This document shows positions 10,587 to 19,029 of a DNA stretch of 64,000 nucleotides, piece after piece (position 1 is the first letter of the stretch; each line of letters starts with the position of its first letter). A model generated the notes under the pieces. That model made no database searches and had not been told where the DNA came from. It saw nothing but the letters and a program-made list of their open reading frames with translations. This DNA is from Candidatus Bathyarchaeia archaeon. GTDB lineage: Archaea > Thermoproteota > Bathyarchaeia > Bathyarchaeales > Bathycorpusculaceae. Location of the stretch: the NCBI GenBank assembly GCA_038883775.1, contig JAVZLM010000003.1:116397-180396 (forward strand), in the 5' to 3' direction. Position numbers and translations under genes: made by a program.

Positions 10587-11678
10587 TTAAGAGCCATGTT
10601 TTAGTAAGCTTGCTGAAGCTGAAAATCCCCATCCATATCCAATCATTAAAATGATGTCGCCTTCTGAAAGTTTGTTCTTTGAAATTATCCTTTCAAGTAT
10701 GAATGGTAGGCTTGCCCCTGCTAGGTTGCCATATTCCCTAAGCACTTCATGCGATTCCTTTATTTTTTCATGTTCGATTTTATGGTATTCTGCCAGGGCC
10801 TTTAGGATTTTTTCGCTGCCAGTGTGAATTGCAAATTTCTTTGCGGCTTTAATGGTTTCTTTCACATTTTTTCCAAGCAATTTCTTAAGGGCTAAACCAG
10901 TGTATTTAACCCCAAGTTGCGGAATTTCCTTATCTAAATATGAGTAAAAGCCAAATTTGAAAGGTTCGTTCAGCGCTAAAATTTTAGCGTAGCCCGCCAA
11001 ATAATCCCTCTCACTCAAGTTTGTAACTTCCACACTTTTCTTAAAAGCTAAGCCTTCATCACCATTCGCTACAACTGCTGCAGCTACGCCGTCTCCGAAG
11101 AGAAAATACTCCATAACTGCAATCCATTTTTGCAGTTCCATTTGTTGTTTCGCTTTATCTTCTATTTGGCGTATTTGGCTAATTTCCATAACATCCTTTA
11201 AGCCTCTCACTTGATTTTGAAACCAGTAAGAGCTTACCCCAGAAACACATATTAACACATAATCTTTAGGATGGGCAGCAAGATAGTTTTCCGCAATTTC
11301 CAATGTTTTTGGAAAGGCTGTGCTGGCTATACCCTGAACGTTAACATGCCTAATGTAAGGGTTAAAACCAATATTGCGAATCAAAAGTTGGCTGAGACCT
11401 GGGCTTAAGAATGGATTTGCATCATAAGCTGCAATAAAAAATCCAAATTTTCTAATTTGTATGCCAACCTTTTGGATGACTTTCTGACAAGCCTCTATGC
11501 AAAGGTCAACCAATTCAGAAACTGAATTGGCGTTTTTGATGAGATAGCGCTTTAGAACTCCCAAGTTAAGCACATTTTGTCTAACACCTTCAGGAAGTTG
11601 GCATGGAAACGCTTCTAAGAGTTTTTCTGTGGAATACTCGTTTTTTGGTAAAGCAGTGGCTAAATTTAGCATTTGCAT
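10587..11678 (-). CDS. Type III polyketide synthase/FabH-like condensing enzyme with catalytic Cys replaced by Ser
   Basis: LFGDGVAA, AIHTGS (His), YGNLAGAS (Asn), GYGWG; QGIAST at the nucleophile position. Confidence 0.8.
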   Translation of the reverse strand: MQMLNLATALPKNEYSTEKLLEAFPCQLPEGVRQNVLNLGVLKRYLIKNANSVSELVDLCIEACQKVIQKVGIQIRKFGFFIAAYDANPFLSPGLSQLLIRNIGFNPYIRHVNVQGIASTAFPKTLEIAENYLAAHPKDYVLICVSGVSSYWFQNQVRGLKDVMEISQIRQIEDKAKQQMELQKWIAVMEYFLFGDGVAAAVVANGDEGLAFKKSVEVTNLSERDYLAGYAKILALNEPFKFGFYSYLDKEIPQLGVKYTGLALKKLLGKNVKETIKAAKKFAIHTGSEKILKALAEYHKIEHEKIKESHEVLREYGNLAGASLPFILERIISKNKLSEGDIILMIGYGWGFSASASLLKHGS

Positions 11679-11807
11679 AGATTGAAATTGGTTGAAGACG
11701 TTATAAAAAGATTCTTAAACTGCTACATGCTTTTGGGTTCATTTTTCCACAAAAATCTTATAGTCACTCAACTCAATAGCTACCCTTCATAAATGAGGTG
11801 AAGAAGC

Positions 11808-13103
11808 TTGCCGAAAAAAGTTGGAATAGTCGCAGGAGGCATATCAAGGTTTGACAATCCACGGCATACGTTGCAGGAAGAGATGTGCGCGGAAGCAGTT
11901 AAAATGGTATTGGATGATGTGCCAGACCTTGAAATTGGAGACTTCATAAAGAAGGGGTATGCATGCTGCTACTCCTATTTTAGCGATATACTGGAACAGC
12001 AACAATGCATGCACTGGATAATCCACGACTACTTAGGATTCAGCGGCGTACCAGCCTTCCGTGTTGAATCTGGCGGAGCAACACCCATCGACGCCATAAT
12101 AAATGCAACCCTATGGATTCGCTCTGGCATGTTTCCAGTAGTTCTTGTCGTAGGATGGGAAAAAATGAACGAACTGCCAATCCAAAAAGTCAACGAGGCA
12201 ATAGCCATCGCTGGCGACACGGATTGGGACTTTGTCTCAGGTTTTACATACAATGCCTTTTATGCTACGCTTGAAACCCGGCGCATGCACGTATATGGAG
12301 AAACAGAAGAAGACTTGGCTGAAGTTGCCGTTCTCTGCCACAACAACTCCCTTGACAATCCATACGCCCAATGGCCAGCTCAGCATGGCTTCAGCAAAAT
12401 CACGGTGGAAGATGTCTACAAGTCACGACTAATCTCTTGGCCTTACAGGCTGCTTGAATGCGCCATGACAAGCGAAGGGGCTTCAGCTTTGCTTTTGGCA
12501 AATGAGGAGATGACGAAGAAATTAACAGACAATCCCGTCTGGATAACTGGCGTCGGCTTCGGAACAGATACCATGCGTCCCGGAGACCGCCCGGACAATC
12601 CAGCATGGAAAGGATTGTATCCAGAAGACGAGAAAATATGGCCTAAAGAAATTCCACGTCCCATGTCGCCATACCCAGATTTAACAAACTTCGGCTCCCT
12701 TCGCGTAGCTGCAAGAATGGCTTACAAAGATGCTGGAATAAAGAATCCGAGAAAAGAAATAAGTCTCGTCGAAATCTTCGACCCATACGCTGGGGTAGTT
12801 TTAGCAGGACTTGAAGACTTTGACTTCTGCAAAAGAGGAGAAGGGAAGAAATTGCTTCGTGAAGGAGTAATCGCTCCAGACGGAGAACTTCCATGCCAGC
12901 TTAGCGGCGCCTTAACAGCGCAGGGACATGCGGTTGGTTCAACATCAATCGCTCAAGTTGTTGATGTCTATTGGCAATTAAGCAACCAAATAGGTAAGAA
13001 ATGGGGTGCGCCGGGAAGACAATTAAGCAAACCAAAAAAAGGCTTTGTGCATGGACACGGTGGCACTGGTTGCCAAGCCGGCGCCGTGGTCTTGGAGGTG
13101 TAA
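11808..13103 (+). CDS. SCP2-type thiolase-fold protein lacking the nucleophilic Cys
   Basis: VVLVVGWEKM, NPYAQ, GHAVGST. RVESGGAT replaces RVEAAC; EIFDPY replaces EVHDCF. Confidence 0.85.
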   Translation: MPKKVGIVAGGISRFDNPRHTLQEEMCAEAVKMVLDDVPDLEIGDFIKKGYACCYSYFSDILEQQQCMHWIIHDYLGFSGVPAFRVESGGATPIDAIINATLWIRSGMFPVVLVVGWEKMNELPIQKVNEAIAIAGDTDWDFVSGFTYNAFYATLETRRMHVYGETEEDLAEVAVLCHNNSLDNPYAQWPAQHGFSKITVEDVYKSRLISWPYRLLECAMTSEGASALLLANEEMTKKLTDNPVWITGVGFGTDTMRPGDRPDNPAWKGLYPEDEKIWPKEIPRPMSPYPDLTNFGSLRVAARMAYKDAGIKNPRKEISLVEIFDPYAGVVLAGLEDFDFCKRGEGKKLLREGVIAPDGELPCQLSGALTAQGHAVGSTSIAQVVDVYWQLSNQIGKKWGAPGRQLSKPKKGFVHGHGGTGCQAGAVVLEV

Positions 13104-13105
13104 AA

Positions 13106-13792
13106 ATGAAACAGCCTGGACCAGAAAAAGTTTTGAAGGAACAAAAGATTGACGAAAAATACTGGGAAAAGTGGGAACGCGAAGGAGGATGGCGACCAGT
13201 AGGCTGGAAAATTGTGGAAATGAACGATGGTCCTACGCTTAACGATTTAAAATCTGAACAGTTTATGATTGTGCATAGACCTCATGCAAACTTTTACCAT
13301 CATAGCTACGGCAAAGTTTCAAAGTTTTTCATGGGACTTTTGGAAGGCAAACTCTATGGAACAAAATGTCCAAAATGCGGATTAGTTTATTGTCCACCAC
13401 GAGCGCACTGCTACAACCCAAAATGTAGGCTTCAAGAAACCAATTGGGTTGAACTTCCAAAGAAGGGCGAAGTTTACTCATACACTGTTATGGCTATTGC
13501 TTGGCCTTCAATGGCGCATCTGCAACCGCTTGTCGGCGCCATGGTGCGTATAGATGGAACAAACACGTGCTTGCCCATGACGATGCGAAACATCGACCCG
13601 GAAAAAGTGAACATAGGCTTAAAAGTAAACATACACATTGAGAAACAGCCAAAAGGCGACCTCCTAGACGTTTACGCAACACCAGCAGAAGAACCTAAAC
13701 CGCCAAAAAGAACCTCAGAAGAGCTTAAGCGTTTCAGAGAAGATATGGAAAAAACATTGGCTTGGGTCAGAAAAACCTTCGGACCAAAATAG
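13106..13792 (+). CDS. DUF35 (Zn-ribbon + OB-fold) thiolase partner with N- and C-terminal extensions
   Basis: GTKCPKCGLVYCPPRAHC...C, G.VYSYT; preceded by GGAGGTG. Confidence 0.9.
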   Translation: MKQPGPEKVLKEQKIDEKYWEKWEREGGWRPVGWKIVEMNDGPTLNDLKSEQFMIVHRPHANFYHHSYGKVSKFFMGLLEGKLYGTKCPKCGLVYCPPRAHCYNPKCRLQETNWVELPKKGEVYSYTVMAIAWPSMAHLQPLVGAMVRIDGTNTCLPMTMRNIDPEKVNIGLKVNIHIEKQPKGDLLDVYATPAEEPKPPKRTSEELKRFREDMEKTLAWVRKTFGPK

Positions 13793-13930
13793 TCAAAGCC
13801 TTAAACCCTATATCCTATTTTTAATTTTTCTTCGTGAAAACAGCCGAAAAATGGTTAACATATTTAAATACTCGTCTTAACATTATTTGGTTTTCCATAT
13901 TAACACGCTAACGAAAAGGAGACACCCCAG

Positions 13931-15103
13931 TTGAAGGGTAAACCCCTCGTTTCCATAGTTTCTGCTGGCTTATCAAAGTTTGGAAAAAGAGACGGATTAT
14001 ATGCTAGAGAACTTTTTGCAGAAGCCGCCAAAGAAGCCTTTGACCGCTGCCCAAAACTAAACCCTAAAAAAGATATAGAAGCCCTTTTTGTGGGGCATAT
14101 GGGCGAATCTTATGAGCATCAAGGGCATAGTGGTGCCACTATGGCGGATTGGGCTGGATTACTGCACATACCAGCCACAAGAGTTGAAGCCGCCTGTTCC
14201 TCCTCTGGCGCTGCTTTGCGGGCTGGAATTTACGCTGTGCTTTCTGGCTTGTGTGATGTTGTTATGGTTGGCGGCGTTGAAAAAATGACCCATAGAAGCA
14301 CGCCTGAAGTTACCGAGTATTTGGCTATGGCTTCTGATTATCCGTTTGAGCAGTGGCATGGCATAACTTTTCCAGGCCTGTTTGCTTTGATGGCTACGGC
14401 GCACATGCACAAGTACGGCACAACAGAACAGCAGATGGCTATGGTAGCCGTAAAAAACCATTATCATGGAAGCCTAAACCCCAAGGCACACATGCAGAAG
14501 GAAGTAACCCTCGAAACCGCTCTATCATCGCGGGTTATTGCTTGGCCCCTTAAACTTTATGATTGTTCGCTAATAACTGATGGCGCCAGCTGCCTAATCC
14601 TAACAAAGCCAGAACTAGCCAAAAAATACACGGACACACCCGTGCACATTATTGGAAGTGGACAGGCAAGCGACACTATTGGCATGTATGAAAGAGAAGA
14701 ATTCACATCGCTTATTGCTGCGAAGCTGGCTGCTAAAAAGGCTTATGAAATGGCTAATGTAAGACCAGAGGAAGTTGATGTTGCAGAAGTTCACGACTGC
14801 TTCACGATAGCTGAAATAATAGCCTACGAAGATTTGGGCTTCTGCAAACCAAGCGAAGGCGGAAAAATAGTCGAAAAAGGCGAAACAAAGCTTGGCGGAA
14901 GAATTCCAGTAAACACAAGCGGTGGATTAAAAGCAAAGGGGCACCCTGTAGGCGCCACGGGCACAGCCCAAGCCTACGAAATCTATTTGCAATTGACTGG
15001 ACAGGCGGAAAAAAGGCAGGTGAAAGATGCGGAAATTGGCTTGACGCATAATGTTGGGGGTTCAGGGGCCACAGCCACCGTTCACATTTACAGGAGGGAA
15101 TAA
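13931..15103 (+). CDS. Acetyl-CoA acetyltransferase (archaeal SCP2-type thiolase)
   Basis: RVEAACSSSG (Cys), EVHDCF, GHPVGATG, HNVGG. Confidence 0.93.
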   Translation: MKGKPLVSIVSAGLSKFGKRDGLYARELFAEAAKEAFDRCPKLNPKKDIEALFVGHMGESYEHQGHSGATMADWAGLLHIPATRVEAACSSSGAALRAGIYAVLSGLCDVVMVGGVEKMTHRSTPEVTEYLAMASDYPFEQWHGITFPGLFALMATAHMHKYGTTEQQMAMVAVKNHYHGSLNPKAHMQKEVTLETALSSRVIAWPLKLYDCSLITDGASCLILTKPELAKKYTDTPVHIIGSGQASDTIGMYEREEFTSLIAAKLAAKKAYEMANVRPEEVDVAEVHDCFTIAEIIAYEDLGFCKPSEGGKIVEKGETKLGGRIPVNTSGGLKAKGHPVGATGTAQAYEIYLQLTGQAEKRQVKDAEIGLTHNVGGSGATATVHIYRRE

Positions 15104-15104
15104 A

Positions 15105-15506
15105 ATGAGCGAGCAAGCGTCCTTCACAATAGAAGAGTTCTATAAGCATATGCTTCAGGGAAAGTTTATTGGTGGAAAATGCAAGAAATGCGGCAAAATC
15201 CACTTGCCACCAAGACCATTATGCGACAAATGCTTCTCAAACGAATTTGAATGGGTTGAACTTCCAAAAAATGGAAAACTCCTCACCTACACAATTATTC
15301 ATGTTGCACCACCGCAATTCCAAGGAATGGCACCCTACGCTGTTGGCATAGTCCAACTTGAAAACGGAGTAAAAATTCCAGGAATGATTAGAGGCATAGC
15401 CTTAGAAAAAATAAAGATTGGCATGCCTTTAACATTAGACTTTGGAACATGCGCCGCCGCACAACAATGGCCCCAATGGCCCAGATACTATTTCAAGCCA
15501 GCCTAA
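15105..15506 (+). CDS. DUF35 (Zn-ribbon + OB-fold) thiolase partner
   Basis: KCKKCG..HLPPRPLCDKC, GKLLTYT; starts 2 nt after the thiolase stop. Confidence 0.92.
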   Translation: MSEQASFTIEEFYKHMLQGKFIGGKCKKCGKIHLPPRPLCDKCFSNEFEWVELPKNGKLLTYTIIHVAPPQFQGMAPYAVGIVQLENGVKIPGMIRGIALEKIKIGMPLTLDFGTCAAAQQWPQWPRYYFKPA

Positions 15507-15515
15507 AAGAAAATT

Positions 15516-16205
15516 TCATGTTTCCAAAGTTTTGTTTAGGTATTCAATTAGCGTGGGCAAGTCTGTTATTGAGGTTATGAGGTAGTTTGCGCCTGAGGCG
15601 ATTAGCTCTTTTGGGTTTGAAACGCCCGTTGGCAAAGCTACAGCGACAGCCTTCATTTCCCTTGCGCATCTCATGTCGCTGGAGCCGTCTCCAACAACCA
15701 TCGCCTCTTCTGGTTTAACATTTAAAGCCTTCAATGTAGCCTCGAGGTGTTCTGTGTTTGGTTTAACATATTTCACATGGTCCCGTGGCGTGATTGCATC
15801 GAAAAATTCTGTTATTCCAAACTTTTTTAGGATGTGGTTTGTGGATTTTTCGCTATTTATTGTGCATAAGCCAAGCTTCAAACCCATTTTTTTCAAGGCT
15901 TTTAATGTTTCCAAAACTCCAGGCAGAAGCCCTGTGGTTTTTGCTGCTTCCAACTCGTATTTTTCGGCTATTTCTAGGGCTTTGCTGCGGATTTCCATGA
16001 AAGCCTTTTCAGATTGCCCATTATTTTTCATGAAGATTTCTGTTTTCTTTAACATCTCGAATATGCTTTCGTTTATGGACAATACGGAAGCGGGCATTCC
16101 CGCTTTTATGAGGAAGCTTCGCACTTCAGCCCTAACGCTTCTATAATCTATGTTAAAGCTTGTAAGGGTTCCGTCCAAGTCGAAGATTACCGCTTTAACC
16201 GTCAT
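15516..16205 (-). CDS. HAD-superfamily phosphatase
   Basis: IFDLDGTL, KP, VGDG..D. Confidence 0.9.
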   Translation of the reverse strand: MTVKAVIFDLDGTLTSFNIDYRSVRAEVRSFLIKAGMPASVLSINESIFEMLKKTEIFMKNNGQSEKAFMEIRSKALEIAEKYELEAAKTTGLLPGVLETLKALKKMGLKLGLCTINSEKSTNHILKKFGITEFFDAITPRDHVKYVKPNTEHLEATLKALNVKPEEAMVVGDGSSDMRCAREMKAVAVALPTGVSNPKELIASGANYLITSITDLPTLIEYLNKTLET

Positions 16206-16325
16206 TTTTTCACTCTTGCTCTTTTCTGATTTTGAAGCGTTTAATCACGCTGTGAAAGAAATATACTTTGCGGTAAAACTATTTATGATGACTTTTCAAG
16301 AATATTTAATGATGGGTGAAAATTT

Positions 16326-16873
16326 GTGGTGGTTATCGAAACAGAGCGTCTTAGGCTGCGAGATTTCGAGGAAGCCGACTGGGAAGCTGTGCATGAATAT
16401 GCCTCTGACCCTGAGGTTGTTCGCTACATAGATTGGGGACCCAACACTTTAGCGGATACCCAAAATTTTATTAAAAGAGCCCTTGCCCGCCAAAAAGAAC
16501 AGCCCCGCAGAGGCTATGATTTAGCAGTTGTGCTGAAAGCGCAGAATAGGATAATTGGAGGCTGCGGAATCCACATTTCAAACCCAGAAAACCGTGAGGG
16601 CTGGATAGGCTACGTCTTAAACCGTAAATTTTGGGGAAAGGGCTACGCAACCGAAACAGCAAAGGCTCTTCTCAAATTCAGCTTTGAAAAACTAAATTTG
16701 CATAGAATATTCGCCACCTGCGACCAGCCAACACGGCATCTATACACGTTTTAGAAAAGGTTGGCATGCAACGGGAAAGATGCCTTCGTGAATACAAATG
16801 GGTAAAGGGAAAATGGCGAGACTCGCTTCTATACGCAATTCTAGACCATGAATGGGACAAATTGAATATTTAA
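16326..16873 (+). pseudogene. RimJ/RimL-type GNAT acetyltransferase, frameshifted
   Basis: IETERLRLRDF...IGY...FWGKGYATE. The C-terminus (NTASIHVLEKVGMQRE...KGKWRDSLLYAIL) continues in another frame after about 16724 and ends at TAA 16871-16873. Confidence 0.8.
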
Positions 16874-16903
16874 CTTCTGACACAATTAATATTTTGATGC
16901 GCC

Positions 16904-17125
16904 ATGAGTTTTGAAGAATACTTAAAAGAGAAATTGTGGCCCATCCTCATCGAAACAGTTCACGCATTAATCATGTATCCAAACCATAAAGCTTATACTC
17001 GCGAAGTTGTTCTCCACGAAAAACCAGACATAACGCCTACAGAATTAGCCGCAAGGCTTGGCATACCCTTAGGCGAAGCCCTCGTAATCTTGTATGAACT
17101 AAAGAATGAAAGGTTAGGCTCTTAA
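16904..17125 (+). CDS. Small HTH-like hypothetical protein
   Basis: ITPTELAARLGIPLGEA resembles a helix-turn-helix. Confidence 0.6.
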   Translation: MSFEEYLKEKLWPILIETVHALIMYPNHKAYTREVVLHEKPDITPTELAARLGIPLGEALVILYELKNERLGS

Positions 17126-17131
17126 ACGAGT

Positions 17132-17902
17132 TTACGGTTTTGTAACCATTCTCACTGTTGCCAAAATTAGGATTGTTCCAAGCAACACTTTAAGGATTTC
17201 TTTATCGATAACTGCTGCGTATGTGCCTCCAACCAAGGCGCCAAGAATCGAACAGACTCCCATTATTATTGCTATGATTGTGGCGCCTTGGTTTGTGTGT
17301 CCCATTCTATGATGTTTTATAAAGCCCATAGCAACAGTTGGTATAGAAACAAGGAGACTTGCCGTTCCGGCTACAATGATGTCGAAATTAAAAATGTATA
17401 TTAAAATTGGGATTCTAAATTCGCCGCCTGCAACCCCGAGGGTTCCAGATATTATGCCTATGACAGCGCCAACAAAAATTGCTAAAACAATTTCCTCTAA
17501 AGCGCCTAATGTGATCTGGAATGGTAATGGCGGAGTTTGAATGAACGGCTCAAGCCCGATTTTTAATCCCACAACAACTAAAAATACTGCTAAAATCTTT
17601 TTCAGAGGTTTTTCTGGAATTTTGTTGGTTAATAGTGCGCCCAAATATGCACCCACAATGGAGCCTAAAGACATGGCAATAGCGATGTTAACAGCCTTCT
17701 CATTTAATAAGCCCAACTGAAACCTTTTAAGGAAAGAGGCTAAAACCGTCAAAAAACCCACGAGGAGATTAACAGCAACAGCCGTAACAACAGAAAGCCC
17801 AAGAATATAAAGCAGTACTGGTATTCTAAACTCTCCCCCACCAACGCCAATCAATCCAGCAGCTATCCCCATAAAGAAGCCGAAAAATAAGGCTGCAAAC
17901 AC
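17132..17902 (-). CDS. TauE/SafE (TSUP) family sulfur-compound/anion exporter
   Basis: Two internal repeats G..G..GVGGGEFRIP; multiple TM helices. Start uncertain. Confidence 0.88.
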   Translation of the reverse strand: MFAALFFGFFMGIAAGLIGVGGGEFRIPVLLYILGLSVVTAVAVNLLVGFLTVLASFLKRFQLGLLNEKAVNIAIAMSLGSIVGAYLGALLTNKIPEKPLKKILAVFLVVVGLKIGLEPFIQTPPLPFQITLGALEEIVLAIFVGAVIGIISGTLGVAGGEFRIPILIYIFNFDIIVAGTASLLVSIPTVAMGFIKHHRMGHTNQGATIIAIIMGVCSILGALVGGTYAAVIDKEILKVLLGTILILATVRMVTKP

Positions 17903-17960
17903 TTTAGCTGCTGATACTGCAAGTTTTTGAGTTATTTTTAAGCACCCTCCCTATTTTGTA

Positions 17961-17990
17961 AAACGATGTGTTTTCCTAATCATATCGATT
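17961..17990. promoter_or_regulatory. Candidate ModE-type operator (imperfect inverted repeat)
   Basis: AAACGATGTG-N10-CATATCGATT (8/10 complementary arms) between the divergent TauE and ModE-like genes, abutting TTTAAACTTATAAA. Confidence 0.45.
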
Positions 17991-18025
17991 TAAACTTATA
18001 AACCTAATGCCACAAACAAGAATAC

Positions 18026-18382
18026 ATGGAAAGAAACAAAAGTAAATTCTCATACAAAATATGGTTAGAATATAAAGGAAAACCAGTTTTAGGCAAAGGA
18101 GGAGCCCAAATATTAGAGCAGATAGAAAAGGAAAAATCAATTTCAAAAACTGCACAAAAACTTGGCATGTCCTACCGTTATGTTTGGAGTTACCTAAAAA
18201 GAATTGAGAAAGTGTTGGGCGAACGAGTCATAGAAACTTATAGAGGTGGCAAATCTGGCGGAGGAGGCGCAAAACTAACGAAGCAGGGCAAAAAACTGCT
18301 TGAGGATTATAAGCGTGTTGAGGATTATTTTGCTAAAGTTCTCGCCAGTAAAAGCGAACATTATTCTACTACATATCTGTAG
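18026..18382 (+). CDS. ModE-family N-terminal winged-HTH regulator (stand-alone)
   Basis: KIWLE...LGKG...[22 protein letters not shown]...[10 protein letters not shown]. Confidence 0.9.
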   Translation: MERNKSKFSYKIWLEYKGKPVLGKGGAQILEQIEKEKSISKTAQKLGMSYRYVWSYLKRIEKVLGERVIETYRGGKSGGGGAKLTKQGKKLLEDYKRVEDYFAKVLASKSEHYSTTYL

Positions 18383-18912
18383 GCTATATGTTCTCCGGCT
18401 GTGGGACTTTTCCTTATTATGCGTAGTATGTCGCCTGGTTTTGCGCCTATGGCTTTAACTGCTGGGTCTGAAGCCTTGATTTGGGGTAGTTGGTAGGGCT
18501 GAACTTTGTATTGGGCTAATACTTTTTCTCTTTCTTCTTTTGTTAGGATTTCGTGTTTTGGGACTAGTTGGTGCTCGAAGATGTCAAAGGCTGGGAAAGT
18601 TCTGGGTAGAAGTTCGATTTTTCTTTTTTTGGCGCTTTGTTTTACTGCATGTGTGTATCTACCGCTTGTTATCATTATTCCAGAGTCCACGTTGGCTTCT
18701 TTCATGGCTTTTTGCATGAGGCTTATGGATGTTATGCCCACTGTGGTTTCTTCTGGGGCGCACCATATGAGGATTTTTTGTTTTTCTTTCGGGGCTTCTA
18801 CAATGTAGCCGACATTGTCTTTATGCTTTTCCTTTTTAACAAGTTTGTATCCTCTGAGTTTTATCAAAACTTTTGCTTTGCGCTCTTCCAAACTTTCTTC
18901 TTCTATACTCAA
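18361..18912 (-). CDS. rpoH: RNA polymerase subunit Rpo5/RpoH with an extra N-terminal domain (RPB5-like two-domain form)
   Basis: C-terminal [10 protein letters not shown]...LPQIKASDP...[25 protein letters not shown], plus about 105 extra N-terminal residues. Confidence 0.92.
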   Translation of the reverse strand: MSIEEESLEERKAKVLIKLRGYKLVKKEKHKDNVGYIVEAPKEKQKILIWCAPEETTVGITSISLMQKAMKEANVDSGIMITSGRYTHAVKQSAKKRKIELLPRTFPAFDIFEHQLVPKHEILTKEEREKVLAQYKVQPYQLPQIKASDPAVKAIGAKPGDILRIIRKSPTAGEHIAYRYVVE

Positions 18913-19029
18913 ACTTTAAACCTCATGTTATAGCGTTGAAACCTAAATGATGGGTTAAACCCTTAAACTTTACGCTATGCCAAAAGTTAAAAATGAAACT
19001 ATAGTATTTAATTCCTTCCGGAACTGGAA

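Noticed and set aside
10587-11678. HMG-CoA synthase of the mevalonate thiolase/DUF35 complex
   Set aside because: It lacks the HMGS motifs I would expect (ED..T, G.ES, FACK/ACY); the motifs fit PKS III/FabH better.
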